Source: Pelagomonas calceolata (lineage: Eukaryota). Taken from it: DNA of 64,000 bases. Below the pieces are notes generated by a model, which did not search any database, was not told the DNA's origin, and saw nothing but the letters and a program-made list of their open reading frames with translations. Where the stretch lies: the NCBI GenBank assembly GCA_918797485.1, contig CAKKNE010000003.1, positions 5,270,001-5,334,000 of the forward strand, written 5' to 3'. A program made the position numbers and the translations under genes. Positions 1 through 10,816 of the stretch are shown one piece after another. How positions within the stretch are numbered: position 1 is the first letter of the stretch; the number at the start of each line of letters is the position of its first letter.

Positions 1-3000
1 CGAACTTGCGCGCGTCCCGTGAGCTCGACGCGAGGGGGAGCCTGGCGCCAGTGACCGCATCCACGACGTCCCAGGCGTACGAGACCGCTCGTCCGCTCAT
101 CGGCCGGCCGTCGCACGACGTCGCGACGCCGCGCGCGTCCACCTCGACGCCGTCGGCCACCAGGACCGTCCGCTCGCGCGCGCCGACGAACGTGAGCGTG
201 GGCGGCGTGCCGCCCTGGACCTTGACGCGCACGGCGGCCTCGGCCGTGCCTGCGGAGTCGCGCGTGGTTGCCTCGACGAACGCGCGCGTCTCTCTCGCTT
301 CGTCCGCCGGCCCCGCCGCTTCGTGTCCGCGCCGCGCGCGCGCCGCCGAGGAAGTTCGCCAGCTCGAGGCGCACGTCGAGCGAGGACACGTTCAGGTGAG
401 ATGCGTTCAGGACCAGCTCGTACCACTTGGTCGCGGTCGACGGCACGGCCGCCCAGGCGGCGCCGGGCTCCGCGATCGACCACGCCACCGTCGTGAAGTC
501 GCGCCCGCCGGAGCCGCCGCTCTGGAGCGCCGACACAAAGCCACCCTCGCAGCGCGACACCGTCTCGGGCGCCTCGAGGACGATCGCCGGAGCGGGCGGA
601 TTCTCGGGCGGCAGGACGACGGTGCGGCTGGCGTTCGCGTAGGGGTGGCACGCGCAGGCCCGGGGCGCCGGCGCGCCCACGACGCAGGCGCGCCGCAGGA
701 CGCCGCCCAGCGCCGTCGCGTTGTCGCCCGGCACGATCGCGGCGCTCGCGACGTCCGCGCGGACCGTCCGCTCGTCGGACCAGTAGCACGTCGCGTCCGT
801 CGCCCCGGGGAAGTCCAGAATGGAGCCACAGGCGAACGCGATCCCGACGCCGCCGCCGCCCAAATCGGTCTCGGCGTCCCACGCCACGTCGACGGTCGCG
901 CCCGAGTCGTCGAAGACGACCTCGACGACACGCGGGGGCGGGTCGTCGGCGTCGCAGCCGACCGTCGGCGCGGCCGTCGGCGCGACGCTCTGCGGCCTGG
1001 CCGTCGGCGTCGGCGTCGACGGCCCGGGCGTCGGGCCGGGCGTCGGGTCCGGGAACGCGACGACGACGGTCAGCGGCACGACGGTCGCAAAGGCCGCCGA
1101 CCGCGTGCGCAGGCGGTGCGCCAGCACGCCCGTCGCAAGCGCCGCGTCCAGATCCGCGGCGAGGTCCGCCGAGGACCGCCGCGACAGCATCTCGAAGAGG
1201 ACCGTCGTCGCGGGCGCGTCGTCGAGGCGCCGGCGCCGGCGCGCGTCCGTCGCGCCGGTCACGGTGACGGTCGTCTCGTTCATCGTCGCCTCGAGGCCCT
1301 CCTCGAAGCTCGCCACGACGTCCGCGTCGTCGAAGTCGCCCGCGGCGACGCCCTCCATCGAGAGCGAGCCGGTCGACGTCGCGAGCGCGCGCGTCGGCAG
1401 CGCCGTGGGCCAGGCCGTCGTCGGCGGCGCCGTCGGCGGCGGGGTCGACGCGGCGCTCGGCGGGGTCGTCGGCGCGCGCGACCTGCGCGGGGGTCTCTCT
1501 CTCTCTCTCCGTCGTCTGCGCGGACCGACGGCGTCTGTTGGCACCGGCACCGACGGCGCCGACGTCGGCGCCGACGTCGGGGCCGAAGACGGCGCGGCCG
1601 TCGGAAGCGACGTGGGCGCAAGCGTCGGCAGGGGCGTCGGCGGGCCCGTCGGCACGGCCGTGGGCGCAAGCGTCGGCGCGGCCGACGGCCTGCGCGGGCG
1701 ACGTCTCTGTTCGGCGCCCCTCGACGTTCGACGCCGAGTCGGACGGTGGGCTCAAGTCCTGGTAGAGGACGTCGATCTGCCAGGCGGCCAGGGCGCCCCG
1801 GTAGACGTAGACCTCGTCCACGGCGCCGGAGAGCGTGTGCGACCCGTTGACGTCCGCGCCCACGTAGAGCGCGGAGGCGCTCGTGTTGACGGTCGCGTTC
1901 CAGCTCGTTTCCCTTTGACCGTCCACGTACAACGTCACGTTCCGCCGGACGTACGTCAGGCAGTAGTGGCGCCACGTGCCGATCCAAGGGCTGCTCTTCG
2001 TCGTCGCGTTGGATCCTTGCTTCGCCTGCGGGCGTCCGCCGGCGCTGTGAGGCCCGGTCCCCGCCGCCGCGCAAGGCGGGCGGCCGCATGCCCCACGCGT
2101 CGGGACCGTCTCCCCCGGACGGACGTCGGCCGGCGAAAACAGGCGCGGCCTCGACGCCGACGACGCGATCCAATCCACGTTGAAGGGAGGCGCCGAAGCG
2201 CGCCGCGGCAACCCGAAAGCCTCCCGTGAGGTTGACCGTGGCGTTGCCGTGCCCGACGCTCTCGAAGCGGCCGGGGGGCGTGGAGGTGCGCAGGCCGAAC
2301 CGCCGCGCGAGGTCTCCGCCGTACTCGAAGAGCTGGGCCTTGTGTTCCCAGACGTCGATCCGGACCCACAGGCAAATGGTCCGCGGCGCGTCCCCGGAGA
2401 CAGCCGCCGTCGTGCTGTTGGGCAGCTCGACGTACCTGCTCGCGTTGAGCAGCACCGCGTCGCCGTGGTCGCGCGCCGCGGCTCTTTTCAGCTTTTTCCC
2501 ACACCCCTGGGCGTCGCAGCCCCGGCCGTGGGCGCCCCCGCGCACGTCGGCCAGCGACCCATTGATCATCGGATAGTGCGCCACGATCTCGTACTCGTAG
2601 GCGTAGGTCGTCGGCGCGGGCGAGATCGACGGCGCGGGCGTCGGCGTCGGCGTCGGCAGAGGGCTCGGCAGCGTCGTGGGCACGCCCGTCGGCGCGGACG
2701 TCGGGATCGTCGTGGGTACGGACGTGGGGAGCGGCGTAGGCGCCGAGACGGGAACGAGCGTCGGCGGCAAGGTAGGGAGCGACGTCGGGGCCGCCGTTGG
2801 CGTCGTCGATGGCAGCGCCGTGGGCTCCGATGTGGGGGCCGTGGTGGGCTCCGACGTCGGCGTCGTCGATGGCAGGGCCGTGGGCTCCGATGTGGGGGGC
2901 GTGGTGGGCTCCGAGGTCGGCGTCGTCGATGGCAGCGCCGTGGGCTCCGATGTGGGGGGCGTGGTGGGCTCCGAGGTCGGCGTCGTCGATGGCAGGGCCG

Positions 3001-6000
3001 TGGGCTCCGATGTGGGGGGCGTGGTGGGCTCCGAGGTCGGCGTCGTCGATGGCAGGGCCGTGGGCTCCGATGTGGGGGGCGTGGTGGGCTCCGAGGTCGG
3101 CGTCGTCGATGGCAGCGCCGTGGGCTCCGATGTGGGGGGCGTGGTGGGCTCCGAGGTCGGCGTCGTCGATGGCAGGGCCGTGGGCTCCGATGTGGGGGGC
3201 ACGGTCGGCACCGGAGACGGCGGGACCGTCGGAAGGCCCGTGGGCTCGGCCGTCGGAACGCTGGTGGGGAACGGGGAGATCGTCGGGGGATGGGTGGCGC
3301 ACTGGTTTTCGTACCAGCCTGCGGGATCGTTTGCTCTCGCCTGGACGACATCCCAGTCCCCGTCGGCGTCGGCGTCGAACACCGCCACGCCGACGCCCGC
3401 GTTGCTGGTATCGTCGATCATATTTTCGGTAAAGGTCTGGTCTCCCGCGTTCTCCAGCCAGCTCAGGTCGTCGTCGTTGTACGCTGATACGACAATGTCC
3501 AGGAAGCCATCACCGTTCACGTCGGCGACGGCAACGCCCCAGGGGTAGTCGCTCTCCTCGCTCACGATGGTTCGCGTAAAGGTCATCGTCCCGTCGTTTT
3601 CGTAGTAGGCCACTTCGTCGTCATTCTGCGACGCGGATACGCAGTCCACGTCTCCGTCGCGGTCGAGGTCGGCGGCCTCGACGTCCTTGGGTCCGTCGGC
3701 GCCCGTCCCGACCGTGTACTGGGCAAAGTTTTCCTGACCGTCGTTCTCGAACCAAAAGATGCTGTCGCCCTTGAGCGACGCGACGAGCACGTCCACCTGC
3801 GTCGGTAGCGGTGAGCGAGCGGGAAGGCGCCGGTGAGCGAACGCCTTCCCGCGCGCGCGCGCTCTCTCTCTCTCTCTCTCTCTTACTCGCCGCGCGACCG
3901 CGGGTCAGCCCTGCTCGCGCGCTGCGCGCCCTTGCGTCCGACGACGTCGCCCGGCGACGATCGCCGTCCGCCTGGTGCAGGCCAGACCACGCGCCCGAGC
4001 TCGCTCGCGCCCGCCGCTCCACGAGGACGCCGCGCGCCACGTCCTGGTCGCCGTCCATGTCGACGGGCGCCGCTTCCCTCGGCGTATTGACATAGTTGCT
4101 CACGTAGCGCACCCGATAGTTCTGCGAGCCCTGGTTTTCGAACCATTCCACGTCGTTATCGCCCTCGTTGGCGACGACGGCGTCCACGTCGTTGTCGCCG
4201 TCGACGTCGGCTCCGATGACCGACAGCGCGCCGCCTCCGTACGTGTTGAGCACGTGTTCGGCAAAGTTCGCGGACCCGTCGTTTTCCCACCACGACACGA
4301 TGGAGTCGCGGTAGGAGCACGCAAATATATCGACGTCGTCGTCTCCGTCGACGTCGAGCGGACTCGCGTAGAACAAGCCGTCTCGCGTGCTCGTCACGAC
4401 GTGCTCGGTGGTAAATGCGCCGGAGCCGTCCGCGTTTTCGTGCCACGCGAGGGTGTCCCTGTTGTCTGCCGCAACCACCACGTCCGTGTCGCCGTCTTGG
4501 TCTACGTCCACGGGAAACACGTTCTTCGAATCGTCCGTGCCCGCGAAAGGTTGACGCGCGCTCCAGGCCATGATGTCGCACGTCGCCGAGGGCCGCGGCG
4601 TCGGCGCGGGCACCGTCGGCACCGGCGTGAGCGTGGGCGCGGCCGTGGCGTAGCTCGGCGTTCCCGTCGGCGCGGGCGTGTCGTAGGAGGGCACGGGCGT
4701 GGGCTGCGGCGACGTTGTCGGCCTGGGCGTGAATGTGGGCTCCGGGGTCCCGCACTCGTTCTCGAACCAGGAAATTTGGTTGTCGGCAAAGTCGGCCACC
4801 AGCGGGTCGACGTCGCCGTCGCCGTCGACGTCGGCGGCGTGTATGCGATAGCCCGAGTCGACGCCGCCGATCCAGTGCTCGATGAACAGAGGCACTCCGT
4901 TGTTCTGGTACCAAAGCACGTCGTCCGTGTTGCTCGTGGACGCGAGTAAATCTGTATCGCCGTCCCCGTCCACGTCGGCCGCGAAGACGCTGAGGGTCGA
5001 GTGGACCGTCGACTGCACGTGTGCCGTCCAGGTCAGCGAGTCGCCCTTGGCATTTTCGTACCAAATTACGCTGTTGTCCCGGTTCGAGCCGCACGCGACG
5101 TCCATCGCTCCGTCGCCGTCGATGTCGTCCGCGACGCAGCCCCAAGGCCCGTCCTGGGCGGTCGTGATGATGTTCTCCGCAAAGGATTCGCCCGTGCCGT
5201 CATTTTGCCTGCGCATCGTCTGAAGTGTTTGCTTTTTTGGGGGGGGATGGTGGCGTGATCGTCGTTTCGACGAGGCCCATTCCGCCGTCGAGCAGTGGAT
5301 CGCGTCGCGTCGATGGCGTCGAGGGCACGCCGTCGGTCGTGGCGAGCGAGGACCTGGCGGGCTCTCGCGTCGATGGCGTCAAGGTGGTGCGGTCCGTCGT
5401 CCCAACAGAAGGAGGAGGGGGGGCGGAGACCCTTCTCGGAAACTCTCGGGCGCAAAGGGCGACGAGCGGCGCATTCACGACGCCGTCGTTTTTACCACCA
5501 AGAGACCGTATCGTCGCCCCACGAAGCGAGGAGAACGTCCGCGTGGCCGTCGCCGTCCATGTCGACCGGGCGCGCCAGCCACGCCCAGTTCCTCGACGTG
5601 GTGAGCGTGTGCAAGGTCCACGATTGCGCCTCGCTGACGCCGGGCACATAGTCGTAGGTCGTGCTCGCCTGGGCGTCCCTGTGCGCGTCCGTGACGCCGC
5701 ACCAGCCGTTAGCCTCGTTGCAGTATTCCGCGCCGCCGCTCGACGAATACCCCGTGCACTTCGTATCCGCGAAGAGCGGGCCGCAGCGACTGGGGTCTGT
5801 CTCTCGATGGCGTACGATACTCGCTAAATCTGACTCGTACCACGCGAGCGTATCGTCGTTGTACGACGTAGAAACCACGTCTAGGTCGCCGTCGTCGTCG
5901 ACGTCGTGAGCACAAACGGACGTGGGACCGGCCTAGGAGTAAAACACGTCGTGGCGATGGCGTGGAGGTGACGCTTTTTTTTTTGATTCGCCACGGCCGC

Positions 6001-6964
6001 GGGAACAAAAGGGAAGTGGACGCGGGGCGCAGGCCGGCGTCGCGATGAGGCGCTTGGTGAAGGTGGTCGAAGTGCCATCGTTCTCCCACCACACGAGCTC
6101 GTCGCCCGTGCGCGCGGCCGAGAGCACGTCTACGTCCGCGTCGCCGTCGACGTCCCCGACTTCCGCGTACCAGGCGTCGTCCGCGCTGCTGCTGATCACG
6201 GTCTCGGTAAAGGTTTGGCTGCCGTCGTTGAAGAGCACGGCGACGGTGTCCGTAGCCGAGGCCGAGAACAGGACGTCTACCGCGCCGTCGCGGTCAACGT
6301 CGGCCGCGAGTACGCAGGTCGCGCCGGTCGCCGAACTCTTGATGACGTGCTCCGTGAACGTGTTGCTCGCGCACCAAACCCAGTGTGGGCGCGGTGTGGG
6401 TCGTGCGCTCACTGTGGGTTGTGCGGTTGGTACCGAAGTCGGCAGTGCGGTTGGTACCGAAGTCGGCGGTGCGGTTGGCAGACCGGTTGGGAGCGTTGTC
6501 GGGAGAGCGGTTGGGACCGCGGTTGGGGATGCTGTTGGTGCTGCTGTTGGCAGCGCCGTTGGTGCTGCTGTTGGCAGTGCTGTTGGCGCTGCTGTTGGGA
6601 GTGCGGTTGGCAGACCGGTTGGGAGCGCGGTTGGGCTTGACGTGAACAAAGGCCGCGGCGTCGGGGCCGTCGACGCGGCGCACACCCGCACGCGGTTGGA
6701 ATCAGAGGGCTCGCCGGTGGGGTCGCCCGACGTCGACCAAAAGCCGCTGTTTACAAACGGTCCGCTGAGGTACGTGTGGCAGCCGAGGCCCGAGCCGTAC
6801 GACCAGGCAAAGGGCATGGTGTTGTAGCCCTCCGACAAGCCCGCCGCGGCGACGGCCGCCCGGCACTCCGCTTCCGTCTCGGGCGACACGCACGGCACAG
6901 GTGCAGGTGTTGGCTGAGCTGCTGCCAGGGCAGCTGCCGCCAGGACCGCAATCACGGCTGCCAT
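1..6964 (-). CDS. Very large multi-exon secreted/surface protein: signal peptide, FG-GAP/VCBS beta-propeller repeats, Pro/Thr mucin-like stalks, LamG/concanavalin-like domain, probable PKD/REJ-like region; 3' end runs off the window
   Basis: ATG 6964 MAAVIAVLAAAALAAAQ. Many DxDGDGDxD..W(F/Y)ENDG repeats in ORFs 5933-6964, 5492-5878, 3621-5216 and 1280-3796. LamG motifs (RTICLWV, WRHYCLTY, LYVDG, GAVDEVYVY). Frames are joined by inferred introns 5933-6034, 5209-5495, 3797-4040, ~2026-2210 and further ones near 1690-1745, 1480-1530 and 290-345. Confidence 0.8.
2797..3200. repeat. 60-bp coding tandem repeat, about 6.7 copies (PPTSEPTALPSTTPTSEPTT)
   Basis: Consecutive 60-nt lines 2821-3181 are nearly identical. 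Confidence 0.95.
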
Positions 6965-7192
6965 GCCCCTTGTTTATGGGAGTCGTTCGTCTCTTTGGTT
7001 TTCATTACTTTGTCTCGGAGTCGCGTCGATGGCATACAGGGCGGCTTCAACTTTTGGGGGCTTTGAATTGTATGGACCTACAAAACCTACAAAACCCGGC
7101 GTCGCAGCTGCGCGCGCCGCGGCACACGAGGCCGATTTTTAATAATACTTCACCAAGAATAGCGACGCCAAGGGGCACAATCCACTCCATAA

Positions 7193-9983
7193 ATGCGGCC
7201 GTGGCCGTTGCTCCTCCTCGCGGCCAGCAGCGATGCGCGCTGTCGCTGCGACCGGCGCGTGATCGTCGCCACGACGGTCAACGGCGTGCGCACGGCGTCG
7301 TTGCTCGTGCCGAGCGCGGCGCGCGTCGGCGCGGCGCTGGTCGTCTACCACGAGGACTCGGCCGACGCCGCCGCGGGCCTCGAGCCGACGGAGCCGCGCG
7401 CGCGGCGCGACGCGCCGGCGTGCTTCGTGGAGGCGGCGGGCTGCTACGCGGCGCACGACCTCCACGTGCTGTACCCGTGGCTCGCCGCGTTCGCCGACGC
7501 GCAGGACCCGACGGAGGGCCCCGCGACGGTCTTCGGCCGCGCGTACGCGAACGCCGTCGCGCGGCGCGGCGCGCCGCGCCACGCGACGCACCTGACGGCC
7601 AAGGCGCACTTCATCTTCCGCAAGGTCGCGGCGATCCGGCACGCGGCCGAGGCCGGCGCGCGCGACGCCAGCGTGGACGTCGTCGCGTGGGCCGACGCCG
7701 ACATCGAGCTCGTCGCGCCGCTGGCCGACGCGCGGTTCCTCGCGTTCGCGCGCGCGCACGACGTCGCGACCATCCACCGCTACGTCGTGCCGTCGCGGGC
7801 CGACTACCCGCGCGACGGCGACGCGGCCGCGTGCCTCGCGCCGCGCGACTTCTTCGCGGCGAACCGCAGCCAGCGCGCGCTGCCCGACACGGGCTTCCTG
7901 ACGCTCGCGCTCCGCGGCGGCGCCGCCGCGCCGGCGCTCGCGTTCGCGCGCGCCTGGAGCGGCTACTACGCGACGTCGTTCGCGGCGCGGTCGCGCTGCC
8001 TCAACGACATCTGCGTCTACGACCGCGTCCTCTTCCCGACGGCGGGGACGGCGGGCGACGGCCTCGCCGGCCGCGCGCGGCGGCGGGGGGGCCGCGCGCT
8101 CGTCGAGGCGCGCCGGCGCCGGCGGCCGGGCGCGCCGGCGGCCGCCGCGCCGCCGCCGCCGCCTCCAAGCGACGCGCTCGCGGAGGCCGCCGCCGCGGCG
8201 CTCCTGCCGCCAACCGCGGCGGCGCCACCGCCGGGCGGCGCGCGCGCCGCGCTCGACCGCTCGGTCGCGGCCTTCGCGCGCGCCGGCCGCCGCGCCGTCG
8301 TCGAGGGCTGGTACGCGCTCTGCGCCGAGGCCTGGCCCGCCGCGCGCGCGCCGCCGCCGGCCGCCGCCGCCGGCGCGCGCACCGCCGGCGCGCGGGGCGA
8401 CGCCGCCGGCCAGCGGCTCTCGCGCGAGGCGATCGCCGCGCGCTACCGCGTCGACCTCGGCCGCGCGCACCCGTGCCCCGGCGCGACGCCGCGGACGTCG
8501 CCGTTCCACCTCTTCGCGTACGCGCTGCACGCCAAGGGCGGCGCGGACAAGCGCGACTGGCGCGCGGCGGACGGCCGGCGCCGTCTCGAGGCCGCGCGCC
8601 GCCTGGCCTCCGACGCGACGCGGCGGTGGCGCGCGTTCCGCAAGGAGGCGCTCTCGCACCCGTTCGACGCGGGCCGCGTGAACCTGACGAGCCTGCTCGG
8701 CGCGGCGCGCGGCCTGGACCTGCCGCTGGGCGCGGTCGTCGAGGCCGCGCGCGCGGCGGCGGGGCCGACCTTCTACGACCTCCTCGCCACGTTCGACGCG
8801 CCGGTCGGCTACGCCGTCGCCGCCCTCGACGGCGGCGCGCGATCGACGCTCGACGCGGCCGACCGGCCGCGCCCGGGCGCGCGCGTCTGCGCCTGGGACG
8901 CCGAGGCGCTCGGCCTCCAGGCGTCGCTGCTCGTCGGCGGCGCGTGCGGCTGCGCGACGGCGACGCGCGCGGTCATGGAGGGGAAGATCGGGCTCGGCGG
9001 CGAGCTCTCGGCGCTGCTCAAGCCGTTCCGCGCCGCGGTCGACGCGCGCGCGCGCTTCCGCACGCCGGCGATCCGGCGCGTCGGCTGCGCCGCGGACGGC
9101 GACGCGGCGGCGTGCCTGGGCCTCGAGCCTCTGGACCGCTGCGGCGCCGGCGCCGGCGCCGGTGGCTTCTCCGCGCGGCTCGCCGGCAAGCGGCTCGCCG
9201 CCGCGCCCGCGGCCGCGCACGCCCACCGCGGCCTCTTCTGGTGGACGTCGCAGGCGGTGGCCTTCCTCGCGCGGCCCGACGGCGCGACGCTCGGCCGGCT
9301 CTGGGCGGCGCAGGACCGGCTCGACTGGGCCGCGCGGCGCCCCGTCCTCGGCGTCCACGTGCGGCGGGGCGACACGTGCCTCGACGGCGGCCGCGGCGAG
9401 CTCCGCAAGCACAAGGGCCGGACCTGCGACGGCCTCGCGGCGTACGCGGCGCGCGCGCGCGCCATGGTCGACGCGCACGGCTTCCGCGCCGTGTTCCTCG
9501 CGACGGACGACCCGCAAATCGTCGCCGAGGCGCAGCGGACGAACGCGTTCGGCGTCCCCGTCCTCGCGCCCGGCGGCGTCGAAAACGCGTCTTTTTCTTC
9601 TCCGTGTGTGGCGGCCGTGGGTCCAAACTCTGTTTTCACGCGGCGACGGCGCCCCCTCAACCTCCCGCGCGCAGGTGGCCAACGAGGACGTCGACCGCCA
9701 CCAGCTCTACGGCCGCGGCTACTACAACAAGGTCCTCAAGGACATGCCCGAAGCCGACGCGCGAGCCGACGCGCGCGCGGTGCTCGACGACCTCTTCCTC
9801 CTCGCGGCGTGCGACGGCTTCGTCGGCAAGTTCACGTCCAATATCGACCGCCTCGCCGTCGCGCTGTCGAACGCGTGGCGCGGCGGCGACTGCGTCACGC
9901 CGTTCGAGTCCCTCGACGCCGCGTGGTGCGCCGATTTCGGGCGCCGGACGGGGAAGTCCATCCACGGGGACTTTATGTGCTGA
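7193..9983 (+). CDS. Secreted/Golgi glycosyltransferase: N-terminal DxD GT-A-like domain plus C-terminal alpha-1,6-fucosyltransferase-like (GT23) domain
   Basis: Signal peptide MRPWPLLLLAASS; WADAD motif; GT23 motifs GVHVRRGD, VFLATDDP and DLFLLAACDGFVGKFTSNIDRL; inferred GC-AG intron 9566-9674. Confidence 0.75.
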
Positions 9984-10217
9984 GCCTTTTTTTGTGTTGC
10001 CAGTGGAGTACTCTATAGTAGATCAGAACTACGAGTCGTCTTCCTGCTATTGGACGTTCCCCAAAAAACCGATTTTCCCCAATAAGTACGTTTTTTGCTT
10101 ATCATGATCGTCTTACTAGTAATCACGAGCCCGGGCCTCGTAGGGTCACCGCCGGGTGACTAGCCTGACTCGGACTCGGAGGGTCACGGTCACAATAGTA
10201 ATCATTGATAAGCATGG

Positions 10218-10730
10218 TCATTTTGTTGTTGGCTTTGCACCTCTTGATTCTTCAAAAGCTCTTTGTATTTCAAGTACTTCATCATCAAGTTTCTTGGTGA
10301 GCCTATCCTCCGCCTCTTTGAGACGCTCTTCGAGTTTCTGTTCAGCTCTAACCGCGTCTGCTTCAGCATTTGCTTGATCGATCGCGTTTTTCACAAGCTC
10401 GTTTATTGCAGCAGGATCCATCGCTGGATCTTCTTCTTCGCTCTTTTTGGATTTCTTTTTAGGTGATTTTTCTTGTCTAGGCATTCACTGTAAAACACTC
10501 TACGTCAATAGGCGGAACCTTGTGGGCCCATAACCTAGCAAGAGTATGTCGCAGCGTTATGTAAAATAGCAGGGTCCTAGCTCACCAGCCGAGGGCTGGG
10601 CCAACCTAACTACGAGAGTGTTTTATGGCTATTTGTTGTTACACCGTAGCGTCAAAGATACTCGCTGTATAGACTCCAAACTTAGAGAGTGGGAGATACA
10701 TATCTAGGGTAGTAGGTTTCTCTCTCTATA
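10218..10730 (-). mobile_element. Truncated Ty1/copia element: LTR (~10536-10730), PBS (10523-10535) and start of a gag-like ORF (10218-10484)
   Basis: Minus-strand GGTTATGGGCCCA is the copia-type tRNA-iMet-fragment PBS and abuts a ~195-bp segment repeated at 27863-28159. AT-rich coiled-coil ORF follows. Confidence 0.7.
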
Positions 10731-10816
10731 CCGTATACTGCGGTACTGCGGTATAGCCACTCGATCCTCCCATCGATCACAAGTGTGCGCTAGCTGCAGC
10801 GCTTACGGATTGCAAG

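Noticed and set aside
2797..3200. Regular repeats as a possible CRISPR array
   Set aside because: Head-to-tail coding repeats with no unique spacers, and the context is eukaryotic.
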